Shown: positions 11,201-21,579 of the stretch, piece after piece
Numbering within the stretch: position 1 is the stretch's first letter
Layout: each line of letters starts with the position of its first letter
Origin: Nemertoderma westbladi
Taxonomy: Eukaryota > Animalia > Xenacoelomorpha
Assembly: GCA_032718475.1 (NCBI GenBank)
Contig: JAUCBJ010002870.1
Location: forward strand, 1 to 35,210
Reading direction: 5' to 3'
Length of the DNA: 35,210 nt
The notes under the pieces: model-generated
Database searches by the model: none
What the model was told of the DNA's origin: nothing
Seen by the model: only the letters and a program-made list of their open reading frames with translations
Translations under genes and position numbers: made by a program

Positions 11201-14200
11201 CCTCTAGCAGGTAGTCGTTTAGGCATTTTCCTTTGGTTTTTGCCGACGCATCCACTACCATTCGTAGTTTACCTTTCTTTGGATCTAAAGCAACATGGAG
11301 TGGCAGGTAATATGTCCTGTCCGTGTTCGGTTTGTCGACCGGTAACTCCACGGCCCATCCCTTCTCGACGTACTTCTTAATAGTTCTGTGGATGTACTCA
11401 TTCTTCTCGGGGCTCCGTTTTAATGTCTGCTTCAACTTACGAAGCCTCGTGAGTACCATCCCTCTATTATCGGGTAACGGTAGCTTCGGTAGCTTCCATA
11501 CCATCCCTATGGTATACCGCCCCTCATCGCATGTCATGGACTCCTCTACGCTCTGTTGAGCCTGTTTGTCCTCCACCGAGGTCCCTACTCCGGTCTCCTT
11601 TAATCCCTCAAAATCTTGTTTGAGCAGTCTTTTAAGCTGCTCCTCTGCTCTCTCATCACCCATTTCCTGCATAGTTCCCGCGAACATGCATCCTGATGTC
11701 TCCAACATCCTAAATGGTATCTTGCTCTTGATTGGGCCACTCAGTGTCCACCCGAATGGTGTCAGTATCGCCACTGGGTCACACTCCCTGTCTTCGCCGA
11801 AGACCGTTTGCATTCTTTCGTGGGCCGTCGGGCAGTCCATTCCTACTATGATGGATACCTTCGTGACGTCCACCTCCAGGATTGAGAAGTCAATGCTGTC
11901 TAGGAATTTATATTGCTCGACCTCGATGTTGGTTGGCCGCCTGGCATTGATATTAATTGACTCTATCACTTGGATGGGGTCGATGGTTGCCCCGTAGTCG
12001 CATCCCGGTGCCACCGCTGCAATTGCGCACCGTCCTGTCCTCATCTCTAGGACCTTGTCTTTGCTAGAGATTGTTGTTACCGCCATTCTACTTGGCCTCG
12101 TTCTCAATCCTATTTCTTTGGCCACCCAATCTTCAACTAATGTGAAGGCAGCTCCGCTATCGACCAGCATCAGAGTGGTCACCGATCGATTGCCTTCTCC
12201 AATCACTCGCACTGGTACTACCCCAAGCAGCACCGTTCCTCTTTTCTTTGCCCCTACTGTGCTCGTTGCCATCGTTTGGCCTTTGTTTTGACTGAACTTG
12301 ATCGGGGTCTCCTTGCATTGCCTAGCTCTATGTCCACTCATCACACATTGCGAGCAGATCTCATTTCTCGCCGCGTATTCTACCTGATCTTCCCTGGGTA
12401 ACGCTTGCCAGTAGCTGCAATTCATGGTTCGATGATTTGCATTTGTATGTAGCTGGCATTTACTCTTCGGGTCGTAGCCGTCCTTGTACAGCGCATCGCG
12501 TATCGCAGTTGCATTTGTACTAAAGTCCCTACTGTTTTTACTGTTTGGGTTCGGCCTACTGAATGTACTGGGGTTATATTTATTCGTGTTGTTATTTTTC
12601 CCCTGTCCGGTCTTACCCTCGGCTACTTGTGGACTTGCAGTCCCCTGCGTCGCTGCATATGGCAGTAATTGCCTGAGCTTTGGTAATGCATTCGAGGTGT
12701 TGTGTTCTGGTTTCGGTCTATGGTAATTTGTCTTTGATCCCTTTCCCAGGCTATCTTCGCTATAGACTGGGTCGGTTATTTGTTCAGCTTCGTAGCTTCA
12801 GAAGCTCGACATTTCTTCTAAACCCGGTTCCGCACCCTTTCTATCTCAAGTGGAGAAAGCGATTTTCCTCCACTTGTTACGCAGCCAGATCGGCAGTGCC
12901 TGCGCTATCGTGGTGATGTTGTTGGACGCGTTGAGCTCGTACGGTGCGTCTAGCGTCTTTAGCACATTCAGCGCCTTTTCGACTTTGTTAGCGAACGTCT
13001 TAATGCTAACGGGATTATCCTGTAGGCCACCCGTTGTTATGCCTCTCAGGGTTTGCCTGATGATCTTAGCTGGGTGCCCGTATTCCCTATCCAGTGCCCG
13101 CCATGCCGTCGTGAAGCCGCCTTCTATACCCTGGTATTGCCTCACGATGTCGTATGCTGGGCCCCCTGTGTATACTTGCAGATACTTTAGGCACTCCGCC
13201 TGCGTCAAGTTCTTCGTTAGTATTTCGTTACTATACATACGCCGAAACTGTAGATATTCTTCCGGCCTACTCCCATCGAATTTGAATGGTTCCACGGGTG
13301 GTAACTCGATCCTAGTTTTTAACGCATCAATTAACGTGGCCATCCCCACCGCCTGCGCTTCCAATGGGTTCGATGGATGTTGCATAGTTTCTCTTGTTAG
13401 GTGCGGTCCGTCCGTCCTATTTCCTGTCTTCCTCTGGCTTGGGTATATCATTGGGGGTAGCGGCCCCCTCCATATTTCTGTGTCGCATGACCTATTTCCA
13501 TCCAAGGGGTTCATTGTTCTCGCTCCTATTGGGGTATACTGTTGATATTGTGATGGGGGAATGTCACCCTGTCCCCCCCCCCCCACCAGTATGTTTGGTA
13601 CTGGGGTTGATGTTAATATATTGGGGCCCATGCACCTATCCGCAATAATTCCCCCCTCCCCTGGGTATATGTTATATCATTTCGTGCTGTAGTCATACTG
13701 CTGCACTGGTACCGGTATAGGCCTATCAGCTTCTGGCCTACCTACCGGTATGTATTCCGCGACTTCCGGGTTCAATCCCGTTGTTCACGCTATTCTATCG
13801 CCTACATTGCCTCTGTCAGCATGGCCTATGGTATGTGCAGTAAGGCCTACAGTATGTCCTACAGTCTGTATGTGTTGCTCGGGATCGAAGTTTATTCTTC
13901 TCGAATAATCCTCCCCATGGCTACCGTATTCTCGATCGGCAGGTACATCCCGTCGGAAAGTTTCTCTTCGACCCCCTCTACTGCTCTCATCTTCGTACCG
14001 GTACATCATGTACCCCTCTCTCGACGCGCAGTGCGCCTCGTCGGGTCGCGTCTCTCCGGGACGACGGCAATCTCCCGAAGTTCGACCCCACTGACTCTCT
14101 CCTTCCATCTCAACTACCAACGGATCGCTATCCGTCCTCGCTCTTCTATCGTTCGCGGCGATACTTCTCCTACTGTCTTATCTTCTTCTCCTTTCAGTGC

Positions 14201-16340
14201 AGTATTCCCGCTCGTGAGATCTCTCGTCGACCCCCCGGTTAAACTCCACTGTTCTTCTTCCCTCTTCTGATCGGGCTCGACGCTCCGTCTGCCCTCTTGC
14301 GACGTCAACCTGCCTCTCTCTGCTCGATCGCACGCCGCTGGGGATACTCGCAATCCCCCTATTACTCTCCGTCGCCGGGTGTTGCGGTTTACCTATTTCG
14401 GCCCGCGCATTATCCGCCGACGTCTGTGGGACACTCTCTGCCCCCCCCACCCCCCCCCCCCCCACTCGCCACATATCTCGCCGCTACCTCTTACTTCACT
14501 TCTACACCTCTCTCCCGTCGACACAATGTTTCTACTGCGGCTGGGTCCACTTACCCCCGCCTCTCTCTCTACTACTACCTGGCCTACCAGGCCCACCTCG
14601 GGTTGGCTCAACCCCGCCGCTTCCGGCCTACTAGCTACGTGGCCTACCAGGCCCACCTCGGGTTGGCTCAACCCTGCCACTTCCGGCCTACTGACTACGT
14701 GGCCTACCAGGCCCTCACCCGCCGGACTATGCACGTCCGACGCGTTCACATTAATAGCACCACTGTGATTGTCCTCTAGTACACCCAAATTATTTTGTGC
14801 ACCAAAGTTAGAAACATTATCTTGCGTGATAACATTATTTGAATTATTTTGTAATTTCGAATTCGGATTATTATTTAAATTATTTGGATTATTTTGCGTA
14901 ACTACATTATTGGAATTATTTTGCGCATTATTATTAGAATCGTTAGGATTTAAATTTAAATTATCACTATTAGGTATAGATATATATGATATATATATAG
15001 GTATAAAGATTTGGTTAGAGTCATTCAATACAGTATTATTAATATTAACGCCATCTACTGTAATATTATTATTATCCCCCCCGCCCGTACGGTCACACCA
15101 GTTTCGGGTCTGTCGTGCGGTCCCTGTAAGTGGGGTATTAATAAACGTATCCACGGCCCTTGGCTCCTCGAAAATATTCGAGCCAGCCCCGCTCTCAGAC
15201 GCCCCTATCCGCGCCAGTCCCAGTTCGCGCGTGTGTCTAGCTTTGTACTCTATAAGCTTGTCTTGGCGTTTTCCCAATTCTCTCCGCTCATGCTCCTCTC
15301 TTGCCACTCTCTCCCGACACTCCCGCGCGTTCTGGTCGGCCAACTCTGCCACTCTCCTAGCTCCCTCCCTTCGCCTTGCCTCACGCTCCTTACGTTCCTT
15401 TTCCTCTCTCGGCTCACGCTCCTTACGTTCCGCCTCACGCTCTGCGTTCCTTTTCCTCTCTCGCCTCACGCTCCTTACGTTCCGCCTCACGCTCTTTGCG
15501 TTCCTTTTCCTCTCTCGCCTCACGCTCCGCCTCACGCTCTTTGCGTTCCGCCTCACGCTCTTTGCGTTCATTTTCCTCTCTCGCCTCACGCTCCTTACGT
15601 TCCGCCACACGCTCCTCTTGTTCCTTCCTCTCTATTTCCTCACACTCCCTAAGGCTTCTCGCGGCCCTTTCGGCCCTCTCTCCTGTTTCCCTAATCAGTA
15701 CCATTTCCTTCTCTAGCAACATTCTCCCCTCCTCTAACCGTCTATTTACTTCTCTATGACCTTGCGCTATTAGGTCGAGATGGTACGTGGCGTTTATCTC
15801 TCTCACCCGTCTTCCTTTCACGGAGGATGTAGCAGACTTATCGGTTGTGACGGATTCCCTCCGCCTTCCTGATCTACTAACTTTGCCCCTCCTCCCGGAA
15901 CTCCCTCCAACCGACGAGACCGAATCCTCGGGGTTAACCTCGGATTCGCCCTCCTCAGGTCTCTTCCAACCCACTAATTTTATACCCTGGGCATCAACTA
16001 AGTATGGCCCTACGTACACTGCACCAGGCACCGTCGCCGTTCCAGTGGGCCGTTTGTCGCCCTCGGACTGTGGCGGGCTGGCGACATCGGTACATCGACC
16101 GTCGTCGTGTGTCGACTCGTCCCTTTCTGCTTCCAACTCACCCTCTCGATCTCTCAACTCGACTCCCCCTCCTCTCGACTCGACCTCTGACTCCAGACGG
16201 CCCCCCTCATTCTGAACTTCCGGATCACCCGTTACCGATGGGTCCGGCGTCGTGGGCCTATACCGTCTGGTCGCGGCCTCGCGGATCGTTAGTTCTTCGT
16301 CCGGGGTCCGCGTCGGTGTCGTCTCTCCTGACTGACTCAT
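8287..16340 (-). pseudogene. BEL/Pao gag-pol polyprotein (long N-terminal extension, Gag, aspartic protease, RT, RNase H, integrase), disrupted
   Basis: Gag KFDGSRPEEY..AWRALDREYG; knuckle CSQCVMSGHRARQC; protease LVDSGA; RT YYLPLH..RMVVDASAK..FYVDDG; RNase H FSDASLEAYGA..PKLELTAA..WTDS..NPADLLSRG; integrase H..HGG..CQTC..VDMFGP..SDSGTNFVGA; C-terminal WRLARV..DGRVRSVEVR. Stops at 12846, 12798, 9315 and elsewhere, plus frameshifts. Confidence 0.95.
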
Positions 16341-16410
16341 CTCTCTACTTTAGATTGGTGGCTGGTAGTCACTGTTCAGCTAACTAGGGTGGCAGCTCTG
16401 ATTCAATTAC

Positions 16411-16954
16411 TGTGACGGGATCCAGGAAGGATCCCGGTTTATCCGGTTTATCGATTCACGCGTCCCCGCCGTGTGTGAAAGGTAAAAGAGTTTGCGTTGT
16501 TCGTCGTATATAATAATCGGGTATATAGATATAGATAGTGTATGATAATGAGATAATACGTTGTTGTATATGGAAGGCGGGAGACGGTAATTGAAGTCCC
16601 GGTACTTCCCTAGCTAAAACTAACTAACCTATCTAGCACCAATAACACTGAGATAACTGAATGAGATGATTACTGCCAACTGGTTATATTGCACGGGTTG
16701 GCCTTGTTACTGTACCTAGCCGGTGCCTTTCCCCCCTCTGATTGGTTGATACCCTTGTTGGCGCCCTTTGGAGTGTTCCCGTTCACTCCACCTATTCTCT
16801 CTATGTCAGGGGAGTAACCCCTGACCCTCATTGTGTGTTCTCCCTTCCCACTTTGTTGGGGAGACACGAGTGGGTGATTGCCCAATCTCGTGGCCCCCAA
16901 TATTTCTTATCGGCTTTACTTTATGGGGTGTTAACGGGATTGAATAGGCTAACA
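16411..16954 (-). repeat. 5' LTR of copy A (544 bp, TGT...ACA)
   Basis: The - strand begins TGTTAGCCTATTCAATCCCG and ends GGATCCCGTCACA; homologous to the LTRs at 19704, 24716 and 28426. Confidence 0.93.
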
Positions 16955-17105
16955 TAATAGCCTCAATTATTTTATTGGTATTGTTTTGTTTTGCTCTGTT
17001 TGTGTGTGTTTATGTGTCGTGTTTTTTAACTATCGCATACTGCGCCTTTGAACAGAACGTAAAAGTTAAGTTGCGCCTCGGCAAAAGATAAAGATAAATA
17101 ATATA
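16955..17105 (+). mobile_element. Possible 3' UTR/tail of the L2-like LINE
   Basis: T-rich stretch, GCGCCTTTGA...GCGCC motif and an A-rich end; resembles L2 3' ends by eye only. Confidence 0.35.
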
Positions 17106-17533
17106 TGTGTTATATATCGATGTCGTTGCCTTTCGTCAAAAAAGGTGCGATTCTGCAAAAAAAGGCATTGTGTAAAAATTTGGGCGGGGGGGGGGGGGGT
17201 TGTGCCTCAATAACGACACTATATTCTACATAGGATATGGTGTATATTCGGTATATTACTGGTATACATTATACTGTGTAATGAATGTATCTTCAATCTA
17301 CAGTACATCGTGGTGTACTGTTAAGTTACTGTATTATAGTTACTGTTACACAGCTACTTAGGTATTGTATTTATTGTTTATCCAATATTGTCCAAATTTG
17401 TTCCCAAGTGTTTGCTCGTTGTAGCTCATTGGTGCTCATTATTGCTCATTGTTGCTCGTTGTGCATTTTAGCACCTACCTTTTGAGAGGCACCCAGCACT
17501 TGGTACCCTGATTGGATCGTAATGTCACCAGGG

Positions 17534-19703
17534 CAACCGCTCCTCCCTATTCCACCCGTTATGGCTCCAGCTCCACCCTTCCAACAACCTCAGCCCAATC
17601 CAACTGCTCCTCCCTATACCACCCTCTGTGGCTCCAGCTCCACCCTTCCACCAGCCTCAGCCCAATCCAACTGCTCCTCCCTATAACACCCGCTGTGGCT
17701 CCAGCTCCACCAGCTTCAGCCCAATCTAACAGCTCCTCCCTACCACCCGCTGTGGCTTCAGCTCCACCCTTCCACCAGCCTCAGCCCAATCCCACTACTG
17801 CTCCTCCCCTATACCACCCGCTGTGGCTCCAGCTCCACCCTTCCACCAGCATCAGCCCAATCCAATTCTCCTCCCTATAACAGCCGCTGTGGCTCCAGGT
17901 TCAGTCCAATCCAACTGCTTCTCCCTACCACCCGATGTGGCTCCAGCTCCACCCTTCCAACAGCCGCAGCCCAATCCAACTGCTCCTCCCTATAACACCC
18001 GCTGTGGCTCCAGCTCCACCAGCTTCAGCCCAATCCAACTGCTCATCCCTACCACCCGCTGTGGCTACAGCTCCACCCGTCCACCAGCCTCAGCCCAATC
18101 CCACTGCTCCTCCCTATACCACCCGCTGTGGCTCCAGCTCCACCCTTCCACCAGCATCAGCCCAATCCAACTGCTCCTCCCTATAACAGCCGCTGTGGCT
18201 CCAGCTTCAGTCCAATCGAACTGCTCCTCCCTACCACCTGATGTGGCTGCAGCTCCACCCTTCCAACAGCCTCAGCCCAATCCAACTGCTCCTCCCTATA
18301 CCACACGCTGTGGCTCCAGCTTCACCCTTCTACCAGCCTCAGCCCAATCCAACTGCTCCTCCCTATAACATCTGCTGTGGCTCTAGCTCAACCCCTCCAC
18401 CAGCCTCAGCCCAATCCAACTGTCCCTCCCTATAACACCCGCTGTGGCTCCAGCTCCACCCTTCCGCTTGCACCAGCCCAATCCAACTGTTCCTCCCTAT
18501 ACCACCCGCTGTGGCTCCAGCTCCACCCTTCTACCAGCATCAGCCCAATCCAATTGCTCCTCCCTATACCACCCGCTGTGGCTCCAGCTCCACCCTTCAA
18601 CTAGCCTCAGCCCAATCCAACTGATCCTCCCTATACCACCCGCTGTGGCTCCAGCTCCACCCTTCCACCACCCTCAGCCCAATCCAACTGCTCCTCCCTA
18701 TACCAGCCGCTGTGGCTCCAGCTCCACCCTTCCACCAGCCTCAGCCCAATCCAACTGCTCCTCCCTATACCACCCGCTATGGCTCCAGCTCCACCCTTCC
18801 ACCAGACTCAGTCCAATCCAACTGCTCACCCCTATACCACCCGCTGTGGCTCCAGCTCCACCCTTCCACCAGCCTCAGCCCAATCGAACTGCTCCTACCT
18901 ATAACACCTGCTGTGGCTCCAGCTCCACCCTTCCAACAGCCTCAGCCCAATCCAACTGCTCCTCCCTATAACACCCGCTGTGGCTCCAGCTCCACCAGCT
19001 TCAGCCCAATCCAACTGCTCATCCCTACCACCCGCTGTGGCTACAGCTCCACCCGTCCACCAGCCTCAGCCCAATCCCACTGCTTCTCCCTATACCACCA
19101 GCTGTGGCTCCAGCTCCACCCTTCCACCAGCATCAGGCCAATCCAACTGCTCCTCCCTATAACAGCCGCTGTGGCTCCAGCTTCAGTCCAATCGAACTGC
19201 TCCTCCCTACCACCTGATGTGGCTGCAGCTCCACCCTTCCAACAGCCTCAGCCCAATCCAACTGCTCCTCCCTATACCACACGCTGTGGCTCCAGCTTCA
19301 CCCTTCTACCAGCCTCAGCCCAATCCAACTGCTCCTCCCTATAACATCTGCTGTGGCTCTAGCTCCACCCTTCCACCAGCCTCAGCCCAATCCAACTGTC
19401 CCTCCCTATAACACCCGCTGTGGCTCCAGCTCCACCCTTCTGCTTGCACCAGCCCAATCCAACTGTTCCTCCCTATACCACCCGCTGTGGCTCCAGCTCC
19501 ACCCTTCTACCAGCATCAGCCCAATCCAATTGCTCCTCCCTATACCACCCGCTGTGGCTCCAGCTCCACCCTTCAACTAGCCTCAGCCCAATCCAACTGA
19601 TCCTCCCTATACCACCCGCTGTGGCTCCAGCTCCACCCTTCCACCAGCCTCAGCCCAATCCAACTGCTCCTCCCTATACCAGCCGCTGTGGCTCCAGCTC
19701 CAC
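17534..19703. repeat. 67-bp satellite, left block
   Basis: Unit CCACCCGCTGTGGCTCCAGCTCCACCCTTCCACCAGCCTCAGCCCAATCCAACTGCTCCTCCCTATA, with some deleted variants. Confidence 0.97.
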
Positions 19704-20233
19704 TGTTAGCTTATCCAATTCCGCTAACACAACCCCATAGAGTGAGTCATTAAGCAATATTGGGGGCCACGAGGTTGGTTACCCAATCTCGTGTCACCCC
19801 AACAAAGTGGGAAGGAGAAACACACAATAAGGGTCAGGGGCCAAACCCCTAACAGAGATAGAACAGCAGGAGTGAAGGGAAACACTCCAAAGGGTGCCAA
19901 CAGGGATATTAGCCAATCAGGGGGGAAGCATCGGCTGAGTAGCAATATGGCCAACTGTGCAATATATATTACCGGTAGGTGCAGCATTCATTCAGTTATC
20001 CTAGTACAGTCAGGCAGAACGGTGACAGGTAGGACCGTCACCGCCGTCACCATATTACCGGTACATTACCATCATTAACTGCTATCTGCTATCATCCTAT
20101 TTATACTGTATCAGTGTATTTCATATATTAACAATAACGTCGGAGCAACACAAACTCTTTTCCATCACGGTACGGCGGGGACGCGTACACAAACAACACC
20201 GGATAAACCGGGATCCTCTCGGATCCCATCACA
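19704..20233 (+). repeat. 5' LTR of copy B
   Basis: TGTTAGC...CATCACA, a direct repeat of 24716-25245. TATA-like ATATATA near 19964 and initiator-like TTCAGTT near 19991. Confidence 0.97.
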
Positions 20234-20283
20234 GTCCTAACTCTAGGCCTGCCGAACTGTGACTGATAGCCACCAAGGTTAAG

Positions 20284-21567
20284 ATGAGTCAAGAGAGAGA
20301 AACGACACCACCGCGGACCCCGGACGACGATCTAACGATCCGCGAGGCCGCGACGAGACGCTATAAACCCATGATGCCGGACCCATCGATAACGGGCGAC
20401 CCGGTAACCGAAGATGAGGGGGGCCGTCTACAAAGAGAGGACGAGTCGGGAGTCGAAAGGGAGAAAGACGAGTCGACGCGGAGCGAGGGTCGACGTACCG
20501 ATGTCGCCGGCCAGCCACAGGCCGAGGACGACGGACGGTCCACCGGAACGGCGACGGTGGGGCCGCCGGTACAACGTCGGACCCGGAGAGACGGAAGAGA
20601 GGTCGGCGACGAGGACGTCGGGGTTTCTGATCGACTTCGACGAGCCTACCTTGCGACCAGGGAGCGACTGAGAGAGGCCAAAGGAGGGGCGAAGATAGAC
20701 GAGGTGAGACTGAGGAAACGACTAGGTGAGTCGAATAGACACTTTGATTACCTAATGCGTTTTGGGCAGAGAGAACTAGCCGAGGAGAGGGCGAGGGGAG
20801 TTGCCAACGAACTGATTGAACTATGGGAGTGTAGAGGTATGCAGCCTAGTGTAGTGTACATAGGGCCATACTTAGTCGATGCCCGGGGAGTAAAATTAGT
20901 GGGTTGGAGGAGACCGCTGGAGGGCGAATCCGAGGTTAACTCCGAGGATTCGGTCTCGTCGGTCGGAAGAAGTTCCGGGAAGCGGGGGAAAGTTGGTAGG
21001 ATGGAGGGGCGACGGGAGTCCGTCGCAACCGATAAGTCTGCTACATCCTCCGAAAAGGAAAGAAGGGTGCGGAGAAAAAATCTAGAGTATAAATTAGAAA
21101 TGGCGGCGGCAGAGCGGAAACAGTTAGAGGGGCAATTGAGAGAGCAAACCGCATTATTAGAGTTGGTAAGGGAGGATAGAGAGAGGGCCGAGGAGCATAG
21201 AGATCGGGAGAGGAGAATAGAGAGCGAGCCGGCGAGGCGGTCTGAGATGCTTGCAAGAGAGACGGCCGAGCGAGATTTGCAAGTGTGCAGAGAGAGAGAG
21301 ATAGGGGAAGAACGTAAGCTGGATGGTTTGCGTGTCCGGCTGGAGGGGCTTGGGCTATATCGGGCCAAACTAAAGCAGCGCCGACTAGAACTGGCGCGAT
21401 TGGAAATATCAGAGAGTGAGCCCCCACTTATAAGCACAGAGCGAGAGGAAAAGGAACAGAGCATGCGGTACACGTACAGTGCGCATAATAACCAGTTTTG
21501 GACTGAGGGGGGTGGGAATGAGGGCGAGACGCCCTTCCCACGCATAAAATATAAAATAATTATTTAA
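20284..21567 (+). CDS. 427-aa ORF homologous to the N-terminal extension of the family's Gag (Glu/Arg-rich, coiled-coil-like)
   Basis: Shares MSQ..TTP.RTPD..TIREAATRRY and VYIGPYLVDA.G.KLVGW..P..GESEVN.EDS.SSVG with the ORFs at 16340(-) and 29024(+); uninterrupted. Confidence 0.8.
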   Translation: MSQERETTPPRTPDDDLTIREAATRRYKPMMPDPSITGDPVTEDEGGRLQREDESGVEREKDESTRSEGRRTDVAGQPQAEDDGRSTGTATVGPPVQRRTRRDGREVGDEDVGVSDRLRRAYLATRERLREAKGGAKIDEVRLRKRLGESNRHFDYLMRFGQRELAEERARGVANELIELWECRGMQPSVVYIGPYLVDARGVKLVGWRRPLEGESEVNSEDSVSSVGRSSGKRGKVGRMEGRRESVATDKSATSSEKERRVRRKNLEYKLEMAAAERKQLEGQLREQTALLELVREDRERAEEHRDRERRIESEPARRSEMLARETAERDLQVCREREIGEERKLDGLRVRLEGLGLYRAKLKQRRLELARLEISESEPPLISTEREEKEQSMRYTYSAHNNQFWTEGGGNEGETPFPRIKYKIII

Positions 21568-21579
21568 TTAAAAATAATC

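Larger units (their letters stand above)
6495..16954 (-). mobile_element. BEL/Pao LTR retrotransposon copy A, decayed, 3' LTR missing
   Basis: 5' LTR at 16411-16954, gag-pol at 16340-8287, then a long 3' non-coding region. No second LTR is visible. The left boundary is inferred from the junction with the L2 fragment. Confidence 0.9.

Noticed and set aside
8502-16387. Plus-strand ORFs over copy A, and minus-strand ORFs over copies B and C
   Set aside because: They are antisense shadows of gag-pol or repeat-derived frames with no recognisable motifs.
16643-16652. Initiator-like ATTCAGTTAT as the self-primer
   Set aside because: It pairs with copy A's PBS only through two G-U wobbles, partly with C's, and not with B's. 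The downstream segment co-varies in all three, so this is kept only as an alternative.
19724-20078. Short ORFs within the LTRs
   Set aside because: They are duplicated only because the LTRs are duplicated, and length and sequence differ among A, B and C.
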